NCBI GenBank assembly: GCA_965237525.1 | Contig: CBDEFO010000007.1 | Span: 608,001-672,000, forward strand | Origin: Candidatus Latescibacterota bacterium | Lineage (GTDB): Bacteria; Latescibacterota; CBDEFO01 | Reading direction: 5' to 3' | Length of the DNA stretch: 64,000 nt | Shown: positions 11,112 through 21,608 of the stretch, piece after piece | Layout of the letters: each line of letters starts with the position of its first letter | How positions within the stretch are numbered: the stretch's first letter is position 1 | Made by a program: the position numbers and the translations under genes | The notes under the pieces: generated by a model | The model's input: the letters and a program-made list of their open reading frames with translations, nothing else | Told to the model about the DNA's origin: nothing | Databases searched by the model: none

Positions 11112-12818
11112 ATGGCTAAAAGCAAGATACCCGCACTTGAAAAGATAATCAAGAAGAACCCCAACTCAATCGTCTTCGCCCGCCTGGCGCAGAGCTACTT
11201 GGACGAGGGGGATCCGGATGCGGCTCTTCAAATATGTCAGGAGGGACTGACCCTCTACCCTGACTACGCCACTGCTCATATAGTCATGGGCAGATGCTAC
11301 ATGGCGTCTGGAGACAGAGACAATTCCAGAAGAGCCTTCAAAAAGGCCTTGCGCTACGATCCCCAGAGTCTGCCTGCCTTGGAAGGACTGGCTGATATCA
11401 ACCGAGATGAGGGCTCTGACAGATTGGTGTTGAGCAACCTGAAGAGGTCCTTGAACCTGGATCCGCTTGACCCTAACCTCAAAGAAGAGATAGCAGCTCT
11501 CTCGGAGGCCGTTGAAGCACAAGTTTCGACGATTGTGACTGAGATTCCTCCTGCTCCCGAAGAAGCTCCTTCCAATCAAGTTGAGGTAGAAGAACCCGTC
11601 GGTGCAGTGCCAGTGCCCTCCGGAGAAGCTGTGGACGCGGACGATGAGATGAGCGCTATACTGTCTGCGGCAGGTATCTCCTTAGACGAAGAGAAGGAGG
11701 AAATTCCTGAGGCTGAAACGGCTGTTTTGGAAGAAGAAACGTCGGAGCAGGAGGCAGATGTCCTTGAAACTGCCGGGGAACCTGCGGAAGCCGCGCCTGA
11801 AACTGCTGAAGAATCAGGGGAAACTCCGGGTGACGTATTGATGGAGCTGGAAGAGGTAGAAAGCCAGGTCACTCAAGAGGAGGAACCGATGCCGGGAGTC
11901 ACTGACACCGTAGAGACTCCGGCTCTGGAGGAAGGACCACAGGAGGAAGCTCTTGCCGATACGGAGACATCAGTTGAGGATGCTCCTTCTGTTGAAGTAG
12001 AGGGGACAGAAGAGGAGGCCCCCGCTGAGACGTCAGAGATAGAGGATTTCCTTGGTGGGATGGATACAGAGTCTCGAGAGACAGAAGTTGAGGAGGAGGT
12101 TCCTTCTGTTGAGGCAGAAGAGGGAGTTCCTGCTGAGGCACCAGAAGTGGAGGCTTTGCTCGCTGGGATAGATACAGAATCTCAGGCGGCAGAAGTTGAA
12201 GAGGATGCTCCTTCTGTTAAAGCAGAAGAGGGAGGTCCTGCCGAGACGTCAGATGTAGAGGATTTTCTGGCTGGGATGGATACAGAGTCTCGAGAGACAG
12301 AAGTTGAGGATGCTCCTTCTGTTGAGGCAGAAGAGGGAGTTCCTGCTGAGACATCAGACGTGGAAGATTTCCTTGTTGGGATGGGTACAGAGTTGCAAGA
12401 GACAGAAGTTGAGGAGGCTTCTTCTTCTAAGGCAGAAGAGCGAGGTCCTGATGAGGCACCAGACGTGGAGGATTTCCTGGCTCAGATACAAGCAGAGTCT
12501 CAAGAGACAGAAGGTGAGGAGGAAGCTCCTTCCTCTGAGACTCCCAGTATAGAAACTGAGCCTGCTGAGGATATAGCTTCGGATGTGACCGAAACGGCGC
12601 AAAGACCTGCTATACCAGAGGAGGAAGATAGCGGTGACGACTACGATGAAATAGCCACTGCTACTTTAGCAGATGTATATGCTGATCAGGGTTTCTTCGA
12701 TGAAGCCATAGAGATTTACGAAAAGCTCTTGGAAGAAAGTCCGGACGATGAGGAGGTAAAGAGCAAAATAGAAGAACTCAAAAAAAAGAAAGCTGATCAG
12801 GAAGGACAGGGAGAATAG
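11112..12818 (+). CDS. TPR protein with long acidic repeat linker
   Basis: N-terminal TPRs ('NPNSIVFARLA..G....A..IC..GL..YPDY'), C-terminal 'ATATLADVYADQG..AIEIYEKLL' TPR, Glu-rich middle. Confidence 0.85.
   Translation: MAKSKIPALEKIIKKNPNSIVFARLAQSYLDEGDPDAALQICQEGLTLYPDYATAHIVMGRCYMASGDRDNSRRAFKKALRYDPQSLPALEGLADINRDEGSDRLVLSNLKRSLNLDPLDPNLKEEIAALSEAVEAQVSTIVTEIPPAPEEAPSNQVEVEEPVGAVPVPSGEAVDADDEMSAILSAAGISLDEEKEEIPEAETAVLEEETSEQEADVLETAGEPAEAAPETAEESGETPGDVLMELEEVESQVTQEEEPMPGVTDTVETPALEEGPQEEALADTETSVEDAPSVEVEGTEEEAPAETSEIEDFLGGMDTESRETEVEEEVPSVEAEEGVPAEAPEVEALLAGIDTESQAAEVEEDAPSVKAEEGGPAETSDVEDFLAGMDTESRETEVEDAPSVEAEEGVPAETSDVEDFLVGMGTELQETEVEEASSSKAEERGPDEAPDVEDFLAQIQAESQETEGEEEAPSSETPSIETEPAEDIASDVTETAQRPAIPEEEDSGDDYDEIATATLADVYADQGFFDEAIEIYEKLLEESPDDEEVKSKIEELKKKKADQEGQGE
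11972..12540 (+). repeat. About 5 imperfect ~105-110 bp coding tandem repeats
   Basis: Recurring 'EDAPSVEAEEGVPAETSDVEDFLAGMDTESRETEV'. Confidence 0.85.
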
Positions 12819-12824
12819 GGGGAT

Positions 12825-13382
12825 ATGGCGACAACAACGGACTTCAGGAACGGAATGGTGATAAATCAGGACAAAGAACTCTATTTGATAAACTACTTTC
12901 AGCATGTAAAGCCGGGAAAAGGCGGAGCGTTCGTCAGGACGAAGCTCAAGAACGTTAAAACTGGAGCCATCATAGACAAGACCTTTCGCGCTGGGGAAAA
13001 AGTTGAAGAGGTCAGGCTCGAAAAAAGAGAAATGCAGTATCTATACAAAGATGGCCAAATCTACTACTTGATGGACAGCGAGACCTTCGAACAGTATCCT
13101 ATCTCAGCGAATCTGATCGCTGACGCCGCCAGATTCTTGAAGGAAAACGAGAAGGTCTTCGTCCTTATGGATAATGATGTTCCCATCACATTCGAGCTTC
13201 CGTTCTTTGTAGAGATAAAAGTGGTCGATACGGATCCTGGAATAAGAGGAGATACCGCCACAGGAGGGACAAAGCCTGCGACTTTGGAGACGGGAGCTGT
13301 AGTGCAGGTGCCACTTTTCATAAACATCGGGGATACTCTAAAGATCGATACAAGGACAGGGGAATATATAGAAAGAGTCTGA
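12825..13382 (+). CDS. efp: Translation elongation factor P
   Basis: '[16 protein letters not shown]', '[20 protein letters not shown]', '[11 protein letters not shown]'. Confidence 0.97.
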   Translation: MATTTDFRNGMVINQDKELYLINYFQHVKPGKGGAFVRTKLKNVKTGAIIDKTFRAGEKVEEVRLEKREMQYLYKDGQIYYLMDSETFEQYPISANLIADAARFLKENEKVFVLMDNDVPITFELPFFVEIKVVDTDPGIRGDTATGGTKPATLETGAVVQVPLFINIGDTLKIDTRTGEYIERV

Positions 13383-13456
13383 TAAACAGTGGAAGGTAGT
13401 CGGTAGACAGGGAACTGCCTCCCTCCTCTGTTTGCTGTCTACTCCAAGGGGGGGCA

Positions 13457-13921
13457 TTGAGCATATCTGGAATCAGGAGGTCTATAGAGAAACTAATAGA
13501 AATTATCGAGGAAAACAACCTCGATGAAATAGAGGTATCTCGATGGTGGGGTCTGACAAAAATCAAAGTTGTCAGACGTAGTTTTTCTACCTCTGTGCCT
13601 GTCCAAAAGAAGGCCGAGTCCCAGGTTGAAGTACTTGAACCGGTTGAAGAGGTTCCCGAAGAAACTGTCCCCCATGGTCTCTATGAGATCAGGTCACCTA
13701 TGGTCGGAACTTTTTATCACTCACCTTCTCCCGGTGCAGAGCCGTACGTCAAAGAGAAAGATATGGTCTCTCCAGGTCAGATAGTCTGTATCATAGAGGC
13801 TATGAAGATAATGAACCCAATAGAATCCGACGTCAAAGGGGAGATAGTTGAAATCCTCGTTGAGAACGCCCAGCCTGTGGAATTTCACCAAAGACTTTTC
13901 CTGATAAGACCTACTGCTTGA
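13457..13921 (+). CDS. accB: Acetyl-CoA carboxylase biotin carboxyl carrier protein
   Basis: '[13 protein letters not shown]', biotinylation motif 'EAMK'. Confidence 0.95.
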   Translation: MSISGIRRSIEKLIEIIEENNLDEIEVSRWWGLTKIKVVRRSFSTSVPVQKKAESQVEVLEPVEEVPEETVPHGLYEIRSPMVGTFYHSPSPGAEPYVKEKDMVSPGQIVCIIEAMKIMNPIESDVKGEIVEILVENAQPVEFHQRLFLIRPTA

Positions 13922-14025
13922 AAGGATCAGAAAGTGGAAGGGACAAAGTCGCGCATGCAAAGGGCTTTCAACAATTTGGAGCCGTTTTACCCCCCACTAC
14001 CATACCAAATAAAGAGAGCGGAATA

Positions 14026-15381
14026 TTGTTTAGCAAGATTCTGGTAGCAGACAGAGGCGAGATAGCGCTCAGAGTGATAAGGGCCTGCAAGGAGTTAGGA
14101 ATAGACACAGTAGCCGTTCACTCAGAAGCTGATGCTAACTCACTGCACGTAAAGTTTGCCGACGAAGACGTATGCATAGGTCCGGCCAAAGGTGAAAAGA
14201 GCTACCGGAATATAACTAACATCATAAGCGCAGCGGAGATCACAAATGCAGATGCTATCCATCCGGGATACGGTCCTTTAGCTGAAAATAGCCACTTTGC
14301 AGAGGTATGTCAATCCTGTGGGATAAAGTTCATTGGGCCGAGCCCTGAGACGATAAGCAAAATGGGGGATAAGGCACTTGCTAGACGATTCATGAAGAAG
14401 ATAAAAGTGCCCGTAATCCCCGGTAGTGAAGGGCCTCTAGAAAATCTGGATATGGCGATACAGGAGGCAAGACAGATCGGATATCCTGTGATGCTCAAAG
14501 CCGTGGCGGGGGGAGGAGGGCGTGGGATGAGATTGGCTAGAGACGAAGAAGAACTCAAGCGTGAATGGCACCTGGTAAAATCCGAAGCCCAAGCCGCTTT
14601 CTCAAATTCGGACATCTATCTGGAAAAATACCTGGAGATGCCTAGACATATCGAGATACAGGTTCTCGGCGATGAATCTGGGAATGTGGTCCGCTTCCCA
14701 GAAAGGGAGTGCTCCATACAAAGGAGGCATCAAAAGCTCATAGAGGAATCGCCCTCTGTTGCAGTCAACCCGTCCCTGCGTCAAAAGATAGGGGACGCCG
14801 CTCTATCTGGCGCCCAAGCTTTGCACTATTGTAGCGCCGGAACGATAGAGTTTCTCCTCGACAGAGAGGGGAAATTCTACTTTATTGAGATGAACACCCG
14901 AATACAGGTCGAACATCCCGTCACCGAGATGGTATGTGGAATCGACATTGTCAAGGAACAGATAAAGATAGCCCAGGGCGAAAGATTAAGTGTGGAGCAA
15001 AACGACATTTCCCTATCTGGTTGGGCTATTGAATGTCGCCTGAACGCTGAAGACCCCTTCAGAAACTTCACGCCCACTCCTGGAACTATCCAGAATCTGA
15101 ATCTGCCCGGCGGTCCAGGAATAAGGGTGGATACGCACATATATGCTGGATACAAAATTTCTCCATACTATGATTCACTGCTTGCCAAAGTCATCGCCCA
15201 CGGCAAGGATCGTGACGAAGCCATCTTGAGAATGAAGAGATGCCTCGAAGAGACTGTTATAGACGGAGTTACAACCACAGTACCCTTTCATCTTAGGGTC
15301 TTAGACAACCCCAACTTTAGAGAGGGGAAGATCTACGTGGAAAGCGCTATCAGCTATTTATCGTTCGACAGCAAACAGTAG
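14026..15381 (+). CDS. accC: Acetyl-CoA carboxylase biotin carboxylase subunit
   Basis: '[11 protein letters not shown]', 'GGGGRGMR', '[10 protein letters not shown]', '[14 protein letters not shown]', 'YYDSLLAK'; TTG start at 14026 fits the usual family N-terminus. Confidence 0.95.
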   Translation: MFSKILVADRGEIALRVIRACKELGIDTVAVHSEADANSLHVKFADEDVCIGPAKGEKSYRNITNIISAAEITNADAIHPGYGPLAENSHFAEVCQSCGIKFIGPSPETISKMGDKALARRFMKKIKVPVIPGSEGPLENLDMAIQEARQIGYPVMLKAVAGGGGRGMRLARDEEELKREWHLVKSEAQAAFSNSDIYLEKYLEMPRHIEIQVLGDESGNVVRFPERECSIQRRHQKLIEESPSVAVNPSLRQKIGDAALSGAQALHYCSAGTIEFLLDREGKFYFIEMNTRIQVEHPVTEMVCGIDIVKEQIKIAQGERLSVEQNDISLSGWAIECRLNAEDPFRNFTPTPGTIQNLNLPGGPGIRVDTHIYAGYKISPYYDSLLAKVIAHGKDRDEAILRMKRCLEETVIDGVTTTVPFHLRVLDNPNFREGKIYVESAISYLSFDSKQ

Positions 15382-15408
15382 AACGGGAAGCGCTTCCCGT
15401 TCTACTGT
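15375..15408. repeat. Perfect 34-bp palindrome overlapping the accC stop (REP-like)
   Basis: ACAGTAGAACGGGAAGC|GCTTCCCGTTCTACTGT. Confidence 0.8.
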
Positions 15409-15443
15409 CTACCGAGTACTGCCTACTATCTTTTGGGGTACTT

Positions 15444-15830
15444 ATGGCTCAGGTGCCTAAACATCTGCTCTATACCCACGAACACGAATGGATCCTTCAA
15501 GAAGGAGACATTGGAACAGTAGGAATAACCGACTACGCTCAAAGTGAACTAAGCGACATAGTGTTTGTGGAACTGCCACAGGTCCAAGATAGAATAAAAC
15601 AGGGAGAACCTTTCGGAACCATCGAAGCTGTTAAGGCAGTCGCAGACCTTTATGCTCCCGCATCAGGAGAGGTCATCCAAGTCAACGAATCCCTGGAGGA
15701 AGACGCCGGACAGGTGAACACAGATCCTTATGGCTCGGGATGGATGATCAAAATTCGCTTAGAGGATCCATCAGAACTTGAAAACGTTATGTCTGCAGAT
15801 GCATATCAAGACATGATCGATAGAATGTGA
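15444..15830 (+). CDS. gcvH: Glycine cleavage system H protein
   Basis: 'HEW', 'GITDYAQ..L.DIVFVELP', lipoyl motif 'IEAVKAV', 'DPYGSGW'. Confidence 0.96.
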   Translation: MAQVPKHLLYTHEHEWILQEGDIGTVGITDYAQSELSDIVFVELPQVQDRIKQGEPFGTIEAVKAVADLYAPASGEVIQVNESLEEDAGQVNTDPYGSGWMIKIRLEDPSELENVMSADAYQDMIDRM

Positions 15831-15851
15831 AAGCTGTACAGACTCTACGGT

Positions 15852-17687
15852 TTGAAGATACTCATTTTGATGAAGATATTCCCCCTGATCTTTCTATCCG
15901 TCTTTCTCCTTTCCGTGCAGACAGCGCCCTCTCAAAATCCGCCCGTCAATGGAAGGTCGATTGCCAGACGCGATTCTGTTGTGACCCAAGCTTATAGTTT
16001 GAATGAACTCCTCTCTAAAAGAGATGAACTTATGAGCCGTGATATTCTCACAACCCTCGTCAAGGCTCAAAGGATAGATGCAACGGACCTTGCCGATCTT
16101 CTCAAATACACACCAGACGTAGACATAGTTGAAAGGGGGACCTGGGGGAGACTTCGCACAGCAGACATAGGGGGGTTAATTGGTGGAGGAGTCAGAGTGT
16201 TTACCAACGGCCGAGAGGAAATTCCGACCGACTATCGCGGTTTTGACCTCAATTTGCTCCCCGTCGGAGGAGTGGAAAGTATTCTCATCGATCCGATATT
16301 CGGAACTATTCACATCCGGACGAGATTGTCTCACAAAGGGTCGCCGATCACTCGAGGCTGGGCGCAATTTGGGGGAGATCGAGTCAACACTGCGGGAGTT
16401 GAATTCTCCAAGCTGATGTCTCCAAGTACAGGTGTTTATCTCTTCCGGGACTTCGGAAACAGGGAGACAGCAATCGATTTTAGAAAGAGGGTCATCACAG
16501 GCGGAATATTCAGAGACTCAAGAAGATGGAGACTTTCATCTTCCCTTTCAACATACAAATCCGAAGGTGATCCCACTGCCCCGCAAAATGGATTTCCCGT
16601 GGAGGAAAAACAAGATGAACACGTCTCGCTCAGCGTACAGGCCGATGTGTCACCTCGGGGGAATGTAATTCTTTCTTTAGGCGCGTCCATAGATCGCCTC
16701 GATCGCGAACTATCCGGGCTGCTCCTCCCAAGAGAGGACGACGTAGTTAGAGCATCATTCAAGGGCTCACTGATTTGGGAGAAGTATCTGATAGACCTTG
16801 AATTTTTGTCCCGAAGACGATATGTCGATGATCAAAATGAGGATCAAAAGACAGCTTATAAAGAGCACATTAATAGAGCTCAGCTCAACGCACACATATC
16901 CTTCTACGAAGACATAGATGTCCGTCTATTTGGCTCGATAGGGCGCCGTACAGCGTTCGACCTGCGAGCCGACGCCGGGCTTGTCCTCAACTACCGTCTT
17001 CGAGATGGCATCAAAGTTGCCGCATCCCTTCAAAGACTATCCCGCGAGCCGGAGTTTGACGAACTGAAATGGCAAAGATACGAAATAGCCCTTCCTCCTC
17101 AATCTGCAGAACTGAATAGGGAACGCCACATCGTCTCAACCATCAAGACAGCGCTCGATTTCTCTATGTGGTCTTTATTTCTGGCATTTTCCGAGAGACG
17201 CTCTGAAGACCTGATAGAACTTTCAGATGCACTGCTCCTATCTAATTTGGCCGGAGCCCGCATATCCAGCTTCACAGGTCAACTTTGCATTTACCCGATC
17301 CACAACGTCTTTGCACAGGTGAACTACCTCTTTATAGATGGTAAGAATCGTCAGACCGAAGGGGATCTTCTCCATCGTCCCCAAAGCCGTATCAAGGCTC
17401 TTATAGAGTGGAAGGATAGAATCTATCGTGAAAAGGTCGGACTCGGATTCCTCTTTGGGATAAGATACAGAGACACAAGCTCGGACTACGATCCTCTCAT
17501 AGTTGGAACTCCCGCAGTTCTGGGAAGGGGTGCATTAATGGAAATTAGAGGCACCTTAAGCCTTTTGAGGCTTACAGCTACATTTACGTTAGATAATTTG
17601 CTTGACGTCAATCAGTTTATCCGGTTTCGCCACTTCCAACAAAAGAGGTCCTTTCGCTGGGGTGTATACTGGGAGCTTCTAAATTAG
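15852..17687 (+). CDS. TonB-dependent receptor-like outer-membrane beta-barrel protein
   Basis: Signal peptide, plug-like 'DLADLLKYTPDV..RG..G', amphipathic beta-strands, C-terminal 'RSFRWGVYWEL'. Confidence 0.6.
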   Translation: MKILILMKIFPLIFLSVFLLSVQTAPSQNPPVNGRSIARRDSVVTQAYSLNELLSKRDELMSRDILTTLVKAQRIDATDLADLLKYTPDVDIVERGTWGRLRTADIGGLIGGGVRVFTNGREEIPTDYRGFDLNLLPVGGVESILIDPIFGTIHIRTRLSHKGSPITRGWAQFGGDRVNTAGVEFSKLMSPSTGVYLFRDFGNRETAIDFRKRVITGGIFRDSRRWRLSSSLSTYKSEGDPTAPQNGFPVEEKQDEHVSLSVQADVSPRGNVILSLGASIDRLDRELSGLLLPREDDVVRASFKGSLIWEKYLIDLEFLSRRRYVDDQNEDQKTAYKEHINRAQLNAHISFYEDIDVRLFGSIGRRTAFDLRADAGLVLNYRLRDGIKVAASLQRLSREPEFDELKWQRYEIALPPQSAELNRERHIVSTIKTALDFSMWSLFLAFSERRSEDLIELSDALLLSNLAGARISSFTGQLCIYPIHNVFAQVNYLFIDGKNRQTEGDLLHRPQSRIKALIEWKDRIYREKVGLGFLFGIRYRDTSSDYDPLIVGTPAVLGRGALMEIRGTLSLLRLTATFTLDNLLDVNQFIRFRHFQQKRSFRWGVYWELLN

Positions 17688-17732
17688 ACTCTATTCTAAT
17701 TCTCAATAACAGGTGACACTTGGAAAAAAAAC

Positions 17733-17761
17733 TTGACTTTGTCATGCAAATATGCTAATTT
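17733..17761 (+). promoter_or_regulatory. sigma70-like promoter for HNH-trpS
   Basis: TTGACT-N17-TAATTT. Confidence 0.55.
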
Positions 17762-17821
17762 TATTCACTTAAAGGTAAATTTAAGATTGGCCTCAAGATT
17801 ATCACTGCAGAAGGTCTATCT

Positions 17822-18328
17822 ATGTTGCTTAATCGCTACGTTCTCGTTTTGAATCGAAACTATGAGCCGCTGAGTGTGTGCAGTGTGCGCAGGGCTATAC
17901 TCCTCATCTTCAGGGGCAAGGCCCATATAGTGGAGGAGCTGGACAGCAAAATCCGAACTGTCCGGGAACATTTCCCTGTCCCAAGCGTGGTGCGCCTTGA
18001 GATATACGTTCGGATTCCTTACAAAAAAATTGTCCTCACCAAAAGGAATATTGTCAAAAGGGACAGACACCAGTGTCAATATTGCGGAACCACACAAGGT
18101 CCTATGACTGTGGATCACGTAATACCGCGCACTCAAGGAGGTAGAAACAGATGGGAAAACCTCGTCTGCGCCTGCATGAGGTGCAATGCTAAAAAGGGCC
18201 ACCAGTCCCCTGAACAGGCGGGTTTAAGCCTTATAAGAGAGCCCCGCTCACCTCATTTCCTTATGTTCATAAAAAACGTTGTTGAAGTCCCGGATCGAAG
18301 ATGGAGGCCTTATCTGTTCATGGATTGA
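17822..18328 (+). CDS. HNH endonuclease (McrA-like small family)
   Basis: 'VLVLN..YEPL', 'RD.H.CQYCG..TVDHVIP..GG..WENLVCAC..CN..KG'. Confidence 0.92.
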   Translation: MLLNRYVLVLNRNYEPLSVCSVRRAILLIFRGKAHIVEELDSKIRTVREHFPVPSVVRLEIYVRIPYKKIVLTKRNIVKRDRHQCQYCGTTQGPMTVDHVIPRTQGGRNRWENLVCACMRCNAKKGHQSPEQAGLSLIREPRSPHFLMFIKNVVEVPDRRWRPYLFMD

Positions 18329-18392
18329 TAAGGTGCTCTACAAATATTGGCATGAATCGGCACTGGTTGCTCTATGAAACTCCGGAGAGTAG

Positions 18393-19376
18393 ATGTCTAA
18401 GGGCACGATATTGAGCGGAATGAGACCTACAGGAAGGATCCATCTGGGAAACTACGTAGGAGCCCTCGAAAACTGGGTCAATTTACAGAAAGATTACAAA
18501 AACTACCACATGGTAGCGGACTGGCATGTCCTGACTACTGGGTATGAGGATACGTCAGAGATTGGAAGACAAACCAGGGAGATGGTCATAGACTGGATAG
18601 CCGCAGGTATTGATCCTGAGAAGAGCCCCATATTTGTCCAGTCTCGGATCAAAGAACACTCAGAACTCCACCTGCTGTTCTCCATGCTCGTTACGACTGC
18701 AAGATTGGAGCGCAACCCCACGGTCAAAGAGCAGGTCAAGGACCTCAATTTAGAAGACAGGATAAGCTACGGTCTCTTGGGCTATCCGATACTCCAAGCC
18801 GCTGATATACTTATGTATAAAGCAGATGTCGTTCCTGTGGGAGAGGACCAGGCCCCTCACGTCGAGCTGACAAGGGAGATAGCAAGGCGCTTTAACTCTC
18901 TGTATGGAGAGGTTTTCCCTGAACCGGATTCGCTTTTGACCCCATTTGCAAGGCTCTCTGGAACCGACGGAAAAAGGATGAGCAAATCCGTCGGTAATAC
19001 TATATTAATATCCGATTCCTCCGAACAGATAAGCAAGAAAGTCTATTCTACCATAACAGATCCTCAGAAGATATATAAGAATGACCCCGGACGCCCCGAC
19101 ATCTGCACTGTCTTTACGTATCATAAGAAATTCAACCCGCCCGAGACGGAACAGATAAGAGCCGATTGCACAAGCGGAGCCCTGGGATGCGTTGACTGCA
19201 AGCAGAATCTTTCAAACAAACTTACGATATATTTTGAGCCCATAAGAGAAAAGAGGGCACAGTTAGAGTCCAAATCCAGCTATATTGACGGTGTCCTCAA
19301 CTTTGGCAACGAAAGTGCCCGTAAAGTATCTCAGGACACGATGAGACAGGTCCATGAGGCGATGAAGATAGGATAA
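18393..19376 (+). CDS. trpS: Tryptophanyl-tRNA synthetase
   Basis: 'SGMRPTG.IHLGNY.GA', 'YPILQAADIL', 'VPVGEDQ..H', 'MSKS'. Confidence 0.97.
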   Translation: MSKGTILSGMRPTGRIHLGNYVGALENWVNLQKDYKNYHMVADWHVLTTGYEDTSEIGRQTREMVIDWIAAGIDPEKSPIFVQSRIKEHSELHLLFSMLVTTARLERNPTVKEQVKDLNLEDRISYGLLGYPILQAADILMYKADVVPVGEDQAPHVELTREIARRFNSLYGEVFPEPDSLLTPFARLSGTDGKRMSKSVGNTILISDSSEQISKKVYSTITDPQKIYKNDPGRPDICTVFTYHKKFNPPETEQIRADCTSGALGCVDCKQNLSNKLTIYFEPIREKRAQLESKSSYIDGVLNFGNESARKVSQDTMRQVHEAMKIG

Positions 19377-19479
19377 AGAACAGTAGACATTAGCCCCCGA
19401 GTTAAATCGAGGGCAGCCAAGCAATCTCATTTAGACTGTTTTCTCTATATGCTGTCTACTTTCCAAATAGGATTATGTC

Positions 19480-20244
19480 ATGGCTTCGGATTCCAGCGCT
19501 AATCAGATACAACTGTTCGGCGACTCGTACGGCGTAAAATTAGAGGTCTTTGAAGGACCCCTGGATCTGCTTTTATACCTCATCAAAAGAGAAGAGATCG
19601 ACATATACGATATCCCCGTTGCTCATATCACCAGACAGTACCTGGAGTACGTCGAACTTATAAAGATGGTTAACATAGAACAGGCGGGCGATTTCGTCCT
19701 TATGGCTGCCACCTTGATGAAGATCAAGTCGCAGATGCTCCTGCCAAGACAACAGGAAGACGAGGAGGAAGAGGAGGATCCCAGAGAAGAGCTCGTCCGC
19801 AGGCTCCTGGATTACCAAAGATACAAAGAGATAGCCGAGTGGATGGACGAAAGGGAAATAGATCAAAAAGATGTCTTCTACCGCACGTTCGGACCTGGCA
19901 TAAAGAGTCAAGAAGAGCCCAAAGAAGGGCCCTTAATAACCGCTACGCTCTTTGATCTCCTCTATGCTTTCAGGGTGGTTCTGGAGAGCGCTCCAAAAGT
20001 TCCTCTTCACAGGATAAGAGGAAGCGAAGTCCATATAGAAGAGCAGATAGACTTCATTTTGATGATACTGGATAAGAGAAAGAAAATCCTCTTTATGGAT
20101 TTGGTCTCAGGTCAGGGAAGGCTCGCTATGATAGTCACGTTCATAGCTATCCTGGAACTCATCAAGACGCAACGGATAAGTGCAGTTCAGAATCGGCAAT
20201 ATGAAGATATATGGATACATAAAAAGGAGCAGTCTGATCTCTAA
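19480..20244 (+). CDS. scpA: Segregation/condensation protein A
   Basis: 'FEGPLDLLLYLI..EIDIYDIP', 'MAATL..IKS..LLP', 'FIAILEL'. Confidence 0.95.
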   Translation: MASDSSANQIQLFGDSYGVKLEVFEGPLDLLLYLIKREEIDIYDIPVAHITRQYLEYVELIKMVNIEQAGDFVLMAATLMKIKSQMLLPRQQEDEEEEEDPREELVRRLLDYQRYKEIAEWMDEREIDQKDVFYRTFGPGIKSQEEPKEGPLITATLFDLLYAFRVVLESAPKVPLHRIRGSEVHIEEQIDFILMILDKRKKILFMDLVSGQGRLAMIVTFIAILELIKTQRISAVQNRQYEDIWIHKKEQSDL

Positions 20245-20335
20245 GAATCACGTGAAAATGATCGGGACAAAATATAGAGTTCCGAAATAGTTGACGGCGT
20301 ACACGAGCAGCGAGGCGCCTGCCTGCTTGCTTAAT

Positions 20336-20950
20336 ATGGACTTCAAAAAGATAAAATCCATAATAGAGTCGGTTGTCTTTTCGTCAGAAGTCCCGGTCAC
20401 GCCCGGCAGGTTGTCATCAATTTTGGACGGACTGGACGGAAGGACAATAAGACAGGCTATAGATGCCCTGAACGGGGAGTACGCCCAGACCGGTAGAACT
20501 TTCACAATCAGGGAAGTGGGAGGAGGCTACCTGATGTCAACGCTGCCTGAGTACGCATCTTGGATCAGAAAATTCCAAAAGGACAGGATATCGGCTAAGC
20601 TTTCCCAAGCTTCACTGGATACATTAGCTATCGTATCCTTCAGACAGCCGATTTCACGTCCACAGATAGAGAATATAAGAGGAGTCAACGTAGACGGAGT
20701 TATAAAGACTCTCTTAGAGAGGAATCTGATCAGGATAGTCGGACGTTCGGATAGGGTCGGCAGACCTCTGCTCTACGGAACTACTAAGGAGTTTTTGAGA
20801 TACTTTGGGCTAAAGACCCTTTCTGACCTCCCTAAGCCCAAAGAGCTTGAGGAACTTTTGGGAAAACATGGACAGGAAAACCCAGGCGACGACCAGGCTG
20901 AACAGGTTTCTGGCCAAAGCGGGGATAGCATCCAGGCGCAAGTGCGATGA
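20336..20950 (+). CDS. scpB: Segregation/condensation protein B
   Basis: 'LSQASLDTLAIV..RQPI', 'IRGVN', 'GRPLLYGTT..FL..FGL..L.DLP'. Confidence 0.95.
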   Translation: MDFKKIKSIIESVVFSSEVPVTPGRLSSILDGLDGRTIRQAIDALNGEYAQTGRTFTIREVGGGYLMSTLPEYASWIRKFQKDRISAKLSQASLDTLAIVSFRQPISRPQIENIRGVNVDGVIKTLLERNLIRIVGRSDRVGRPLLYGTTKEFLRYFGLKTLSDLPKPKELEELLGKHGQENPGDDQAEQVSGQSGDSIQAQVR

Positions 20951-21608
20951 GCTCATACGATCCGGAAGAGTTAAGCTCAACGGCATAAGAGTCACCAGTC
21001 CAGCTGAATATGTAGACCTGTGGAAAGATCGAGTAACCTTTGACGGTAAGGACATAAGCTATAGTGCAGAGCCAATTTACATAGTGCTGAATAAGGCCCA
21101 AGGATATATTACAACTGCGTGGGATACGCACAACAGAAAGACGGTATTTGATCTAATTGATGGCATAGAAGGCAGGATATTCTCCGTCGGACGCCTCGAC
21201 CTCGACACAGAGGGAGTTCTACTGCTTACAAATGACGGCCAGCTTGCTTTCAGGCTTATGCACCCAAGATACGAAATAAGTAAGACCTACGAAGCCCTGG
21301 TTGAAGGGATACCAGACTCAAAGAGCCTGAAAAGACTATCGTCAGGAGTAGTATTGGACGGAAAAAAGACCTCTCCTGCCGCTGTCAGGATTAAGAGGAA
21401 AGCGGGAGCAGATGCCGTTTTGGAAATTGCGATCCACCAAGGGCAAAAGAGGCAGATAAAGCGGATGTGCCAAAAGATCGGACATCCTGTAGTGGAACTG
21501 AGAAGGACTAACTTCGGCGGAATATCTGCCGTGGGGCTCGCAAGTGGAAAGTGGCGCTATCTCAAAAGTATTGAAGTGGAAGCGCTCAAAAGCTCCGTAG
21601 GCCTGTAA
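20868..21608 (+). CDS. rluB: rRNA pseudouridine synthase (RsuA/RluB family)
   Basis: S4 domain 'RLNRFLA..G..SRRKCD', 'GRLDLDTEGVLLLTNDG'; located after scpB. Confidence 0.88.
   Translation: MDRKTQATTRLNRFLAKAGIASRRKCDELIRSGRVKLNGIRVTSPAEYVDLWKDRVTFDGKDISYSAEPIYIVLNKAQGYITTAWDTHNRKTVFDLIDGIEGRIFSVGRLDLDTEGVLLLTNDGQLAFRLMHPRYEISKTYEALVEGIPDSKSLKRLSSGVVLDGKKTSPAAVRIKRKAGADAVLEIAIHQGQKRQIKRMCQKIGHPVVELRRTNFGGISAVGLASGKWRYLKSIEVEALKSSVGL

Noticed and set aside
17822..18328. HNH gene as a defence or homing element
   Set aside because: Looks like the widespread small stand-alone HNH type, in housekeeping context, with no MTase, intron or repeat nearby
20868..20950. 83-bp scpB/rluB overlap as a functional dual-coding region
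   Set aside because: The ScpB tail is simply the out-of-frame reading of the RluB S4 domain, with no sign of function
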